A DNA stretch of 64,000 nucleotides from Candidatus Heimdallarchaeota archaeon (GTDB taxonomy: Archaea; Asgardarchaeota; Heimdallarchaeia; JABLTI01), in the NCBI GenBank assembly GCA_019058275.1, contig JAHLVW010000099.1:16321-80320 (forward strand), given 5' to 3'. This document shows positions 1 to 10,117 of the stretch, one piece after another. The notes under the pieces are model-generated. The model worked only from the letters and a program-made list of their open reading frames with translations. It made no database searches and was not told the DNA's origin. A program made the position numbers and the translations under genes. How positions within the stretch are numbered: position 1 is the stretch's first letter; every line of letters begins with the position of its first letter.

Positions 1-204
1 CATAAAAAAATGAAAAGTAGTACTCTTACAGAGGAAAAGGTACAACAATTAAGGAATTTTACTTTTGAAAAATTTAATGAAGCTGTGACAAATAAAGAAA
101 AATGGATAAAATTAGTTGAAAAAGAACCAATTAAAAGAAAAACTAATATTTGCTATCAAAACTCTTGGCAAAAAACGAGTAGAAGGAATAAATTGTCTTT
201 TTAA
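1..204 (+). CDS. probable 3' end of a hypothetical protein gene truncated by the window edge
   Basis: The frame is open from position 1 to the stop at 204; no recognisable motif. Confidence 0.35.
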   Translation, partial: HKKMKSSTLTEEKVQQLRNFTFEKFNEAVTNKEKWIKLVEKEPIKRKTNICYQNSWQKTSRRNKLSF

Positions 205-389
205 GATAACAACATAATTTTTTAAGTCTCAACTTAGATTGTTACTTAGTAATATAAATTGTATCTCTAGCTTAGAGGAAATACCTAACCTATAATTGAG
301 TGGTAAAATTTAGAGATATCAGAGCGAATAAATAATCGAAAGATTATTAGAGACCAGAACTTAGATTAATAGGTTTATATCTTTGCTAT

Positions 390-902
390 GTGAAAAAGGG
401 ACGGTGCATTGAAACGACAGAAGTAAATTCGAATAAACATAACAAATACAACATTAAAGGAGTTTCAAAAAGCATAGATCAAGTTTCAGCTGGCGGAGTT
501 GTCTATAAAGAGTGTGAAGATAAAAAAGTGAGAGTAGCTTTAATACGAGATCAAAATACCCATAAATGGATTTTACCTAAGGGTAGAATTGAAAAAGGAG
601 AATCGCTTGAAGAGACTTCTCTTAGGGAAATTAAAGAAGAAACTGGACTTCAAAGCCTTAAATTTATAAAGAAAATAGACAAAACTAACTATTGGTTTAG
701 AACTAAACAGAAAGCCAAACTAACTAAGGAAGTTCATTTCTTTCTCTATAAAGACGAAGATAGCTACGAAGACATCTGCGTTGAGAAAACCAATTTTGAT
801 AAGGGGCAGTGGTTTACGAAAGATGAAGCAATTAAGAAAATTGGATTTCCAGCACAAAGGAAAATCCTCAATAAAGCTTTCAAAATAATCGAAGATGAGT
901 AA
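390..902 (+). CDS. NUDIX hydrolase (Ap4A hydrolase-like)
   Basis: SAGGVV, WILPKG and the Nudix box GRIEKGESLEETSLREIKEETGL. Confidence 0.9.
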   Translation: MKKGRCIETTEVNSNKHNKYNIKGVSKSIDQVSAGGVVYKECEDKKVRVALIRDQNTHKWILPKGRIEKGESLEETSLREIKEETGLQSLKFIKKIDKTNYWFRTKQKAKLTKEVHFFLYKDEDSYEDICVEKTNFDKGQWFTKDEAIKKIGFPAQRKILNKAFKIIEDE

Positions 903-1106
903 GGAGATTGCTCATTTTTCTCTTATTTTTTCAGTAAAAGGAAGAATTTTCTTAATGACTTTTTATCGGAAAATTACACCAAAAAGTACATTTTTTTAGT
1001 GAAAATCACCATTAATTAGAAAAACTATTTATTTAATAAACTCAAAATATGAAATAACTTTAAGATAAAAATATGTTGTGAGGTAAAAAATTAGAGGATA
1101 GATATT

Positions 1107-1415
1107 ATGCCAGGCACATGTCCAAAATGTGGTCTTCCTGAAGAGCTATGTATGTGTCAAGCAATAGCTAAGGAAGAACAAAGAATTAAAGTGCGTATAG
1201 AAACGCGAAAATGGGGAAGAGAAGTTACGTTGATTATGGGTATAAACCCTAAAGAGGTTGACCTTGTTTCTTTAACTACTAAATTAAAGAATAAGTGCGC
1301 TTGCGGTGGAACATCCAAAGATGGGGTCATTGAATTACAGGGAGATCATAGACAGAGAATCAAGGATCTATTACTAGCAGAAGGTTATGATAGTTCAAAC
1401 ATTAACATCCAGTAA
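1107..1415 (+). CDS. sui1: archaeal translation initiation factor aIF-1 (SUI1/YciH)
   Basis: N-terminal CPKCGLPEELC, KLKNKCACGGT and IELQGDHR. Confidence 0.95.
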   Translation: MPGTCPKCGLPEELCMCQAIAKEEQRIKVRIETRKWGREVTLIMGINPKEVDLVSLTTKLKNKCACGGTSKDGVIELQGDHRQRIKDLLLAEGYDSSNINIQ

Positions 1416-1535
1416 AATGTAACAACGTAAACAAAAAGGGTTATTTTGAAATAACCAAACTACATACTTCTTTAAATCGGAAGCTAGTACTAGAGACTCA
1501 CTTCTGAATTTATTATTTCTACCTTTAATTGTGGA

Positions 1536-3554
1536 TTAGTCCTTCTTTATGTAACATTCACCAGGTAAAATTGAAATAAGCTCATTTAAGACAGTAGCTT
1601 TTACTTTAGCAGAACTCTTTTCATCTAAATCCTTCAGGAATAAGTTAACAATACTTTTAGCTATCTTGCTTTTGGGAGTGTCTCCAGGAATAACTTTGAT
1701 TACCTTCGACTTGTCGATATTCTCCATTGCTAAAATTGCTTTTGGAGGTCCTCCAATTGCATAAGCCCATTTTTCTTCAATGATTGGATAAACAGAAATT
1801 TCTAAAGGTATATTTTTGAGTAAATTCTTTGAACCTTTTATTATAAAACTTCCTTTTGCCAGAAATTCTCCAGAAGGAGCAGAAAATGAAACTTGATCTG
1901 AGTTTACCCAAAAGGTATCTTCTGTGCTGAGTCGATCCTTCCATGCTTTTGAATAGGTGACTGAGAAAATAGCTGCTTCTTGGATTGTTTTTTCTGGAAT
2001 AGGTTTTCCTTCACTTTTAATGACCACAACTGCTGCTCCATGTATATCTGCATGTAAAAATAAATCATCCTTCTCTAAGTACTTCTTAACGATTTCAGTA
2101 TTTGTACGTTGATCTTTACCAGCTATTACTAATAATCCATCGGATGATTTAAACCAATGAAACTTCTCGTACCAATCCCTTTTCCTTTTTTCGATTAATA
2201 TCTTCTCCTTCTGAGATAATTTTTCTAATCCCAACTCTAATTTTTTAATTCGCTCATTAAGTTCATCTATTTTCTTTTGTGCACCAGGTATTTTCCCTTT
2301 TGATTTTTTAGCTCGCTTAAACATTTCGTTAGCATTATCTGAACCAGATTTTAGAAAATCAAGCTGAACATCAGTACCATCAAGTTCAACAATGACAGTT
2401 TTCTTGTTCTCCTTTATAGCTTTCAGTAATCTAGCTCCCTTTACCCCACGAATCTTTGCTTCATTGAGTTTTTCTTTGATCTCTTGCCACCCAATATTCT
2501 TCCTTCTAGCATCAGTTATTGTTGATAATAATTCATTAATTTCACTCAGGTAAAGATAAATGTGATTACCAATTTTCTTCTCACTCTCAGCAATTCCAAT
2601 CATTTCTTTCATATGATCTTCTTGTTTTTTACGAACTTTCTCAATATGCTTAATTTTCTTAGCTTCAGCAGATAACTCGACGTTTGATTCCTTATCTGAC
2701 TCCATGGCGCTAAAGTGTTCATCTAAGGCTTCTGAAAATGAATTCATTTTTTCGCTTTCATAATCTTGGTAGACTTTTAACGGAAATGGAACTATTTCTA
2801 TTACTTCATTATTTTTAGGATCAACGTATTTTGTAGGAATTAATTTTGAGCTTGAGGTTGATTTTCGCAAATCTTTAATCCCAAGCAGTATTTTATCGAT
2901 AATACTTGGAGTAATCTTTTCAGATTTTAGTGTATAATTAATCTCTGCTCGTAAACAAATTTCTTGAGCAAAAATCTTTCCAATGTTTAGTGTTCTTGAA
3001 ACTAAAGTCACTATATCAGCTTCAGATTTTTCCTCTAGTTTCTCTTTTACCCAATCTAAATCTGCTTCAAGGAAATTCTGTCCACTACTTGGAGGAAATT
3101 GGAATTCTATTCCAGGATGGATATCTCTATCACGCATTTTCTTGTAGTGTTTGGCTACTAGAATCTTGTTTTCAGGGCTCAGTAAAATAAGATTACCTTT
3201 GCCAAAAAGCTCTATAATTAAAGTGTACACTTTTTCATATGCTTCAAATTCTAAAACACAAACTCTGTCGAAATCATATTGATAGATTGATTTTAACCAT
3301 TTTCCTTTAATGTGTATTCGAAAAACTTTGCATAAACCAGAAGGACTAGGTGGAAATTTTCGCTTGTATTTAGTTACATGGATTCGTTTTCCAGGTTCAA
3401 TTACTAGTATTTGAGTTCCTTCTGTCTTTGTTCTAAATCTGAAAAAGAACATATCGTTAAGTTCAAAAATGTTTTTAAGTTCGCTTTTACTAAATCGCTG
3501 TGTAAGCTCACGAATCATAGCATTAATGTCGAAATTGGTCATTGACGATTTCAA
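1536..3554 (-). CDS. rqcH: ribosome quality control protein Rqc2/RqcH (NFACT family)
   Basis: MTNFD start, FDRV, ELFGKGNLILL, WYEKFHWFKSSDG, AGKD and FLHADIHGA. A TTG at 3554 preceded by a GGTGA Shine-Dalgarno is the likely start (ORF track gives 3575). Confidence 0.93.
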   Translation of the reverse strand: MKSSMTNFDINAMIRELTQRFSKSELKNIFELNDMFFFRFRTKTEGTQILVIEPGKRIHVTKYKRKFPPSPSGLCKVFRIHIKGKWLKSIYQYDFDRVCVLEFEAYEKVYTLIIELFGKGNLILLSPENKILVAKHYKKMRDRDIHPGIEFQFPPSSGQNFLEADLDWVKEKLEEKSEADIVTLVSRTLNIGKIFAQEICLRAEINYTLKSEKITPSIIDKILLGIKDLRKSTSSSKLIPTKYVDPKNNEVIEIVPFPLKVYQDYESEKMNSFSEALDEHFSAMESDKESNVELSAEAKKIKHIEKVRKKQEDHMKEMIGIAESEKKIGNHIYLYLSEINELLSTITDARRKNIGWQEIKEKLNEAKIRGVKGARLLKAIKENKKTVIVELDGTDVQLDFLKSGSDNANEMFKRAKKSKGKIPGAQKKIDELNERIKKLELGLEKLSQKEKILIEKRKRDWYEKFHWFKSSDGLLVIAGKDQRTNTEIVKKYLEKDDLFLHADIHGAAVVVIKSEGKPIPEKTIQEAAIFSVTYSKAWKDRLSTEDTFWVNSDQVSFSAPSGEFLAKGSFIIKGSKNLLKNIPLEISVYPIIEEKWAYAIGGPPKAILAMENIDKSKVIKVIPGDTPKSKIAKSIVNLFLKDLDEKSSAKVKATVLNELISILPGECYIKKD

Positions 3555-3568
3555 TGGAGTCACCAATA

Positions 3569-4276
3569 ATGTCAAATAAGAAACCTAAACAAAAAGATTC
3601 CTCAAAGTCTAAAAAGGAAAAGCCAAAAAAAGAAGAAGAATTAAACCTAAGTGAATATGAAGATTCATTTGATGATGAACATGAGGGGGAACCTATTGAA
3701 GAAACTGGTGATGAGATTGACTATGAGGAATATGAACTCCCAGAAGATTTCATTCCAGAAGATAAAGATGAAGCTGATGAAGAAGTTTTAAACTGGTTCC
3801 AAAAGAGAAGAAAAGATTTTCAAACTATGGATAATTATCAAAGATTGTATTGGATTAAAATTTTAGCAGGAACTATTACTGGTCTTGTTCTTGGTTTTGC
3901 TAACGCACAAACTGGATGGTGGCTCTTCTTAATGATAGTACTTTATGCAGGAGTAACTGCAGGAGGTTTCTACCTGTTCAAGTTAGAATGGAATTTTAAA
4001 GAGATAATCTTTAGCGGATTCTTTCCTTATTTAGCACTCTTCGTGTTAACTTGGACTTTAATGCTTACATCTCTATATGCCCCACCAATAAGTGATTGGT
4101 GGGTAATATTAGAAACAATTGTAACTGAGACGATAAATGGTACAGAGACAATATACACATCAACCCGAACAACATCCGCAGCTGACATTCCTTATCTCGC
4201 CTTTGTACTTATAATAGTAAGCACATTAGGATTGTTACAATTCCTTCTAAGAAAGCAAAATCGAAGAGAAAAGTAA
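3569..4276 (+). CDS. EMC6/OPTI (Rab5ip)-like membrane protein with a charged N-terminal extension and an extra C-terminal anchor
   Basis: LYWIKILAGTITGLVLG...KEIIFSGFFPYLALFVLTWTL fits the three-TM EMC6/Rab5ip pattern. ATG at 3569 follows GGAG. Confidence 0.65.
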   Translation: MSNKKPKQKDSSKSKKEKPKKEEELNLSEYEDSFDDEHEGEPIEETGDEIDYEEYELPEDFIPEDKDEADEEVLNWFQKRRKDFQTMDNYQRLYWIKILAGTITGLVLGFANAQTGWWLFLMIVLYAGVTAGGFYLFKLEWNFKEIIFSGFFPYLALFVLTWTLMLTSLYAPPISDWWVILETIVTETINGTETIYTSTRTTSAADIPYLAFVLIIVSTLGLLQFLLRKQNRREK

Positions 4277-4312
4277 ATATAGAAGTGTATAGCTTCCCTC
4301 TAATTTTTTTTA

Positions 4313-5431
4313 TTACACTTCTTTATGTAAAGGAAGGTAGATATTTAGTAGGTTTCTTTTACCTCCTTCAGGAAGCTCGACATATCCTTTATAGAAGCGT
4401 ATAAGTGAATTGATTATAAATGGTCCAAGATCTTGGAAAGATTGAGCTGATGTTTCAGTTTTAAGATTAGTTGGGTGTTCAATTTCTCTTTGATCATAAA
4501 TATACTTTAATTGAAAAGCTCGGACATTCATTTTCAAGTAATCTTTATCCTCTTTTTTAATTTCATCAAATTCTACATTTATTCTGATTTTTGGACTTGG
4601 ATCATTTAATATGGATATTAAAAGTAATTCTGAAATCATATGATTAAGGTCATTGTCAGCATAAACTTGACGCGGTTGTGTAAAATCACCAGTTATTTCA
4701 AAATTCTTATCTCTATAGTCACTTTTTAATCGATTAATAACAGTTGAAAAAGTTCTCGAGGCATCAATTTGAGATAAGTTCTCTTCAGATTTATTACCAA
4801 TAGCTTGTAATTTCTTAATGTTTCTTGTTAATCGAGCATTTTTTCTAATAGTCTGCTGGAACAATTGTAACACTTTCTTTTGCTCAGCAGTTGGATTCAA
4901 GCTTTCAATTTGAACCATTGTTAACAAAAGTGATTGATTTAAATCATCAACATTATTAACAAGCAAATCATTAAGGAAAAGGATTTCTTTATTTGCATTC
5001 TCTATATCCTTTAAAAATTTCTGATTTTCTAACTTTAGATTCTGTTTAACTATGACTTCATCTAAGGTTAATAACAACTTATCCGCACTAATTGGTTTTT
5101 CTAAATAACCAGACACATCAAACTGCATAGCTTTGATGGCTGAATCGAGTGTTCCATAACCAGTTATAATAACAAAATCAGAATCTGGGCTTATAGTTCT
5201 TAACTGAGAAATTAAGTCCATACCTTTGATATCAGGAAGCTGCAAGTCAATCATTGCAATGTTGAAAAAAGTTTTTGAAAGTAATTTAATACCTTCTTCA
5301 CCTGTTCCTACACTTTGAACATTTTTGTAGCCATATCTATTCATTATTTCAACGAAAAGATCTCGGATATCATTGTCATCATCTATAATTAAGATACTAA
5401 TTGTTTCTTTGATTGATTCAGTGACCGTCAT
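4313..5431 (-). CDS. response regulator receiver fused to a degenerate histidine-kinase-like domain
   Basis: ILIIDDD, IDLQLPDIKG, IITG and YLEKP receiver motifs. The C-terminal part lacks the H-box His and G boxes. Confidence 0.8.
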   Translation of the reverse strand: MTVTESIKETISILIIDDDNDIRDLFVEIMNRYGYKNVQSVGTGEEGIKLLSKTFFNIAMIDLQLPDIKGMDLISQLRTISPDSDFVIITGYGTLDSAIKAMQFDVSGYLEKPISADKLLLTLDEVIVKQNLKLENQKFLKDIENANKEILFLNDLLVNNVDDLNQSLLLTMVQIESLNPTAEQKKVLQLFQQTIRKNARLTRNIKKLQAIGNKSEENLSQIDASRTFSTVINRLKSDYRDKNFEITGDFTQPRQVYADNDLNHMISELLLISILNDPSPKIRINVEFDEIKKEDKDYLKMNVRAFQLKYIYDQREIEHPTNLKTETSAQSFQDLGPFIINSLIRFYKGYVELPEGGKRNLLNIYLPLHKEV

Positions 5432-5755
5432 CTTGACACTTCCTGTCTAAGAAAGAGCAAAACTGATAACTTTGTACTCACAAATTAAACCTATTTCCAT
5501 TTTGCTCGAACTTTTTGCTGCTTTTTCAATTCAGCAATTGATTATTTCGCATACCGTCTTTTAAAACTTATTAAATTAGCAAAAAAACTATAATTAGATT
5601 AAGAATTTTCAATAAGAAGAAAAAAGAAAGGTTAGCATATAGCTAATCCAATCTTTTAGTTGTTTGATAATTAAAAAGGTTTGGGAGTTTTGTACAGAAC
5701 GATTATTTATTTTTATACAAATGTTTCCAGAGGAATTTCGTAAAGATTTCCAACA

Positions 5756-5813
5756 ATGTTTAAATTACTCAAACATATTTAGATATGTTTAAATTAGTCA
5801 AACATATTTAGAT
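5756..5813. repeat. two 29-nt tandem repeats, each containing the palindrome ATGTTT-N9-AAACAT (candidate operator)
   Basis: ATGTTTAAATTA(C/G)TCAAACATATTTAGAT occurs twice with one mismatch, upstream of 5959. Confidence 0.8.
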
Positions 5814-5958
5814 GTGTAGGAAGAAAAAAATCATAATTCTGAACCTAATCAGTAACTAGGTTCAATGATTTTCTTTCTTTTGTTTCATAAAGAAAGTGCC
5901 TTCCAAGAATTAATATCTAATTTACTAGAACTATAACAAAAACTGGAGTGAGAAAAGA

Positions 5959-6573
5959 ATGGCAAAAGGAGATAACACCTTCAAACCCCATCCAAGACTC
6001 ATTCATAAAAAGAATTTTTTGGCTTTTCTTTACACAGTTGTAGGTGGAGGAGTTACATTTTTTATTGTGTTTTTCGATGATAATGCTGAATTCATAGTTG
6101 ATTTTTGGTATATCCTGGTCGCGATAACTGGTGGAGTCTTTCTAGTTTGGGTAATCTTTAACATACTACTTTTTAGAACTATTGTTTATGTGCTTGAAGA
6201 CAATGAAATTATATCCAAACGAGGTATCTTACATAAAAGAACAAGGATTGTTCCTTTTCATGCAGTTACAAACATGTCAATAGCAAGAGATCCAATTGAT
6301 AGAATATTTGGCATAGGTACAGTTAAATTACATACAGCAGGATTTAGTGGTGAGAAAACACCAGAAGGTAAAATTGAAGGGATAACAAATTATACTTATG
6401 TTTATGATATGCTTATGCGAAAAACAAAAGTCTCAGCTAAAATTATTTCAGATGATGAAACTAAGCTAATCTATGAAGAAGATTTTCCAACAAAATTACT
6501 TGAGACAAGAAAAGCCATACTACAAGAATTCATTGAAATTAAACAATTGTTTGAAGAAAGAAGAAAAGTATGA
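5959..6573 (+). CDS. bacterial PH-domain (bPH_2, YdbS-like) membrane protein
   Basis: Two TM helices, then RGIL...VPF..VTN...DRIFGIGTVKLHTAG. Confidence 0.85.
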   Translation: MAKGDNTFKPHPRLIHKKNFLAFLYTVVGGGVTFFIVFFDDNAEFIVDFWYILVAITGGVFLVWVIFNILLFRTIVYVLEDNEIISKRGILHKRTRIVPFHAVTNMSIARDPIDRIFGIGTVKLHTAGFSGEKTPEGKIEGITNYTYVYDMLMRKTKVSAKIISDDETKLIYEEDFPTKLLETRKAILQEFIEIKQLFEERRKV

Positions 6574-6604
6574 TATCAAGAAATAATCTTAAGAGGTAAA
6601 GAAA

Positions 6605-7225
6605 ATGAGCAAGGAAATAACTGAATTTGGTCCAGACATTAAGTACCTACAAAAAAGGCAATTTATTGCTTTTAGTTGGTTTATGTTTTTTATGCTAATT
6701 GTTTTGGGCATTTTCCTAGGCTATATGATCGGAAAAGATAATCCTAGTACAGCTTTAATAGTTTTAGGAGCAGCTGGAGGATGTGTTTTACTCTTCTACA
6801 TTTTGAATGCAACTTTTATTTACTATTATTACAAGTCAATAATTTATCAATTCAAAGAAACAGAAATGATAGTTCGTCGAGGAGTTTTTCAGAAAATTGA
6901 AAAAGCAGTTCCATTTCGAGCAGTGACAAATCTAGCTGTCTACAGAAGTCTTTTTGATAGAATGTTTGGCATTGGAACTATTCGATTACATACAGCAGGA
7001 TATAGTGGAACACCCTTACCTGAGGAGAGCATAGAAGGAATACTGAATTATGTTGAACTCTATGATAATTTGATGGCAAAGATTCGACCTATGAAAGCTA
7101 TGACTCCAACAGTAAGTATGGAAGTTGATGGTACAATTGACATGGAAGATCAACTAAAAGTCAATTTAGAAATTTTGAAAACATTAAAAGAAATTAAGTC
7201 ACTATTAAAGGAAGGAAGAGAATAA
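6605..7225 (+). CDS. bacterial PH-domain (bPH_2) membrane protein, tandem paralog
   Basis: RGVF...VPFRAVTN...DRMFGIGTIRLHTAG; clearly paralogous to 5959. Confidence 0.85.
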   Translation: MSKEITEFGPDIKYLQKRQFIAFSWFMFFMLIVLGIFLGYMIGKDNPSTALIVLGAAGGCVLLFYILNATFIYYYYKSIIYQFKETEMIVRRGVFQKIEKAVPFRAVTNLAVYRSLFDRMFGIGTIRLHTAGYSGTPLPEESIEGILNYVELYDNLMAKIRPMKAMTPTVSMEVDGTIDMEDQLKVNLEILKTLKEIKSLLKEGRE

Positions 7226-7268
7226 GCAATTATTCTCTAACCATCTAATTTTTTTCTTGCAAATCATT

Positions 7269-8162
7269 CTACTTTAGCGTTTCATAAAAATCTTCTATCA
7301 AATATTGAAGCCAATTATCAGTAGGTCTACATGAAAACTTCCAGCCTGGAGATCCTTGAGCAAAGTATTTTGGTAGTTGAGGGTGTTCTTGAATTTGATT
7401 GATTGATAAATCTTCAGAAAAAGATTTCTTAAGAAAAACCTCCAAGTCTTCATAGTATTTTCTTGTCTTTATAATATAGTCTTTAGAAACAACTTTACCA
7501 TGTCCTGGTATAACATGTTCAATATCAAGTTCTTCCAATTGCTTGTAAATAGAAATGGGGTTATTAAACTCATGCTGTAATGGTGGGTAACATTCAAGGA
7601 GATTGTCACCCACACAAATGGTTTTTTCAGATGAACTATAGATAATTGATGATCCTTTTGTATGCCCTCCGACTACTTTAAACAAGAGAGAATTCTCTTC
7701 TGGACCAATTCTTAATTCATCTTTAACTGAGATAGTTGGTAGAAATAATTTAGCATTGATTACTAAATCTCTCATTTCCTTATGCTTTGGATACCTATTG
7801 TTGGCAAATTCGACAAGATTTTCTTTTGCTAAGTAACCTTCAGTTAAATTATACTTCATATTCTCTATGCAATGCTCGGAAGCAACAGTTTTAACATCTT
7901 CAAAAACTTCCATAGCAAACATATGATCCCAATCTAGATGGGTTAGCAAAAGATGTGATATTTTTCTGTTATATTTCTTCTCCATTTCTTTTCTGAAGTT
8001 TGCTAATACATCAACAAAGATTCCTGTATCAACAATGATTAGTCGCTCTGGCAAAGCTATACAAGTAACTGGAGCGGTTGTTGGTGCAGTATTTATTGCT
8101 AATTCTAGTTCTTTTGGTGCATACATAACTACAATATTATCAGTAACAATCTCAATTCTCAT
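7269..8162 (-). CDS. MBL-fold metallo-hydrolase
   Basis: IVDTG, THLDWDH (variant HxHxDH), GHTKG, GD and IPGHG. Confidence 0.85.
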   Translation of the reverse strand: MRIEIVTDNIVVMYAPKELELAINTAPTTAPVTCIALPERLIIVDTGIFVDVLANFRKEMEKKYNRKISHLLLTHLDWDHMFAMEVFEDVKTVASEHCIENMKYNLTEGYLAKENLVEFANNRYPKHKEMRDLVINAKLFLPTISVKDELRIGPEENSLLFKVVGGHTKGSSIIYSSSEKTICVGDNLLECYPPLQHEFNNPISIYKQLEELDIEHVIPGHGKVVSKDYIIKTRKYYEDLEVFLKKSFSEDLSINQIQEHPQLPKYFAQGSPGWKFSCRPTDNWLQYLIEDFYETLK

Positions 8163-8210
8163 AATTCTATATTTTATTAATTAATATTAAAGTAATATCT
8201 CAAAACGATT

Positions 8211-8360
8211 CTATTGACTCGAGATTTTCTCTAAAGAACGAGCTATTCTCTAGAGAACATTTATCATATTTCGATTCATATTTTCCATAACTCGATAAAT
8301 ATCAGAAACTGTTCTTTGTAAGCTTTCTATTTCATGTTCTAATTGATCATAATCACCCAT
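8211..8360 (-). pseudogene. 49-codon coiled-coil ORF with an in-frame TAG at codon 37
   Basis: Translates as MGDYDQLEHEIESLQRTVSDIYRVMENMNRNMINVL*RIARSLEKISSQ; the heptad pattern continues past the TAG at 8250-8252. Confidence 0.45.
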
Positions 8361-8446
8361 AATAATCGCTTAATGTTATAATCCAATTTAGTTATTTAAA
8401 TGTAAAGTGATAAAGCTTAAACAATATATCTTCAATTAATTATACT

Positions 8447-9117
8447 ATGGATAATGAATTTTCTTTAATTGAATACTATCGCAAAAGGGCTCGGAATATG
8501 AAGCAGTTTATTCCAAATTCGGTTCTGAAATTCAAAAGGAAAACGAAAAAACAGCTGAAATGCTGAAGCAATATCTAAAGGGAAGGAAAGTAATTGAAGT
8601 TGCTTGCGGAACTGGTTATTGGACACAATTCTTATCTGAAACTGCAAAGGAGATAACTGCTATTGATATAAATAATGAAGTTCTAGTTTTGGCAAGGCAA
8701 AAGAATTATCTCTGTCCTATTTCTTTTCAAATAATGGATGCTTATCAGTTAGCATTTGATAATGAGAGCTTCAATGCAGGATTAGCAAATTTCTGGTTTT
8801 CGCACATACCAAAAACCAAAATTGATGATTTTATTTCTGAACTTCATCGAATTTTGAAACCAAGATCTAGAGTATTTATAACAGATAATCATCATTTACA
8901 TCTCTCAGATTCTTTAGGTGAGCTGATTACTAGAGAGGATGATGCGAATACCTACAAATTACGACAATTAGAAGATGGAAGTCAATATATTGTTCTGAAA
9001 AACTATTACTCAGAAGTTGAGCTATTTAGGATCTTTAGTAAACATGGAAAGAGATTTTCAAAATCAAATATTTCTTTTGGAGAATTTTTCTGGAGAGTAA
9101 CATATGAATTAGATTAA
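8447..9117 (+). pseudogene. class I SAM-dependent methyltransferase with a 1-nt deletion near 8491
   Basis: EVACGTG motif I in ORF 8560-9117. The upstream frame YYRKRA joins EYEAVY if one nt is restored, giving the typical YYxxRAxEY N-terminus. Confidence 0.75.
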
Positions 9118-9164
9118 TTTATTTTATTGACAGAGATTTAAAACAATAATTGATTTAAGGAAAT

Positions 9165-10055
9165 TTGTACTTTCTAATAGTGAGTGAGATGGTAAAGTTA
9201 GAGAAAATTTCAGATCATATAGTAATTGATACAGAAACTCAAAGTATGAGTAGATCATCTATTATTGGTGGAATTTCATTAGGAAAATATTCAATAGCAA
9301 TCGAGAGTGGTTCCACACTAGAGATAGGAATGGATCTTAAACTGAAATTAAGAGACTTTTTCAATTTACCTGTGAAATATCTATTCCTAACTCACACACA
9401 TAATGATCATAGGGGTGGGATGGATGCATTCTCAGATGAAACGCTCATCATGAGTGAGAAATGTAAAGAGAATATGCCTAAGAGAATAAGATTAAGCAAA
9501 TTTTCACTTGAAGCTTTTGAAGAGAAGCACATAATACAAGAAAATGAATTGTCGATGGAATTCCTAAAAGTTGCTGGGCACAGCATAGGTTCTAGTGTAG
9601 CTTATTTCCCAAGTGAAAAAGTCCTTTTTGCAGGAGATCTTTTCATAACTGAACCAATCAATTTTGGTTTACCTTTTATGAGTTTTTATCAAAATAAACC
9701 AAAAAGAACAGGCAATCCAGAAGAGTATTTTGCAGCGTTTGAACTTTTCAAATCGATGGATATTGATGTCATTGTTCCTGGTCATGGTCAAATAATCAAT
9801 AATCCCCAAGAGTATCTAGACAAACAAACAGCTTTTTTCAATGGATTAAAGACTCATTTTGTAGCAGAAATTAAAAGAGGTAACAATCTAGAAGAGATTG
9901 AAATGCCAAGTATGGAACTAATTGTACATGCATATAAAATTGCAGAAAGTCGAAAACCTAAAAGTAAACATGTAAGGTTTCTAGATCATTATTTAGAAGT
10001 ACTAAAAACTAGTTTCTATAATTATTATAGTGGTATATTCCATAATTTAGATTAA
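9165..10055 (+). CDS. MBL-fold metallo-hydrolase
   Basis: THTHNDH, GHSIG, FAGD and VPGHG. The true start may be the ATG at 9189. Confidence 0.88.
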   Translation: MYFLIVSEMVKLEKISDHIVIDTETQSMSRSSIIGGISLGKYSIAIESGSTLEIGMDLKLKLRDFFNLPVKYLFLTHTHNDHRGGMDAFSDETLIMSEKCKENMPKRIRLSKFSLEAFEEKHIIQENELSMEFLKVAGHSIGSSVAYFPSEKVLFAGDLFITEPINFGLPFMSFYQNKPKRTGNPEEYFAAFELFKSMDIDVIVPGHGQIINNPQEYLDKQTAFFNGLKTHFVAEIKRGNNLEEIEMPSMELIVHAYKIAESRKPKSKHVRFLDHYLEVLKTSFYNYYSGIFHNLD

Positions 10056-10092
10056 TCCAGCTTCTTAACAAAACAAAGTAAAAAAAATTGAG

Positions 10093-10117
10093 AAAGTAGT
10101 TTGTAAAAAACTACTTT
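10093..10117. terminator. hairpin between convergent genes
   Basis: AAAGTAGTTT-gtaaa-AAACTACTTT. Confidence 0.5.

Noticed and set aside
8211-8360. Pyrrolysine read-through of the TAG
   Set aside because: Context (L-x-RIARSLE) suggests a GAG-to-TAG nonsense change, and there are no pyl genes in the window.
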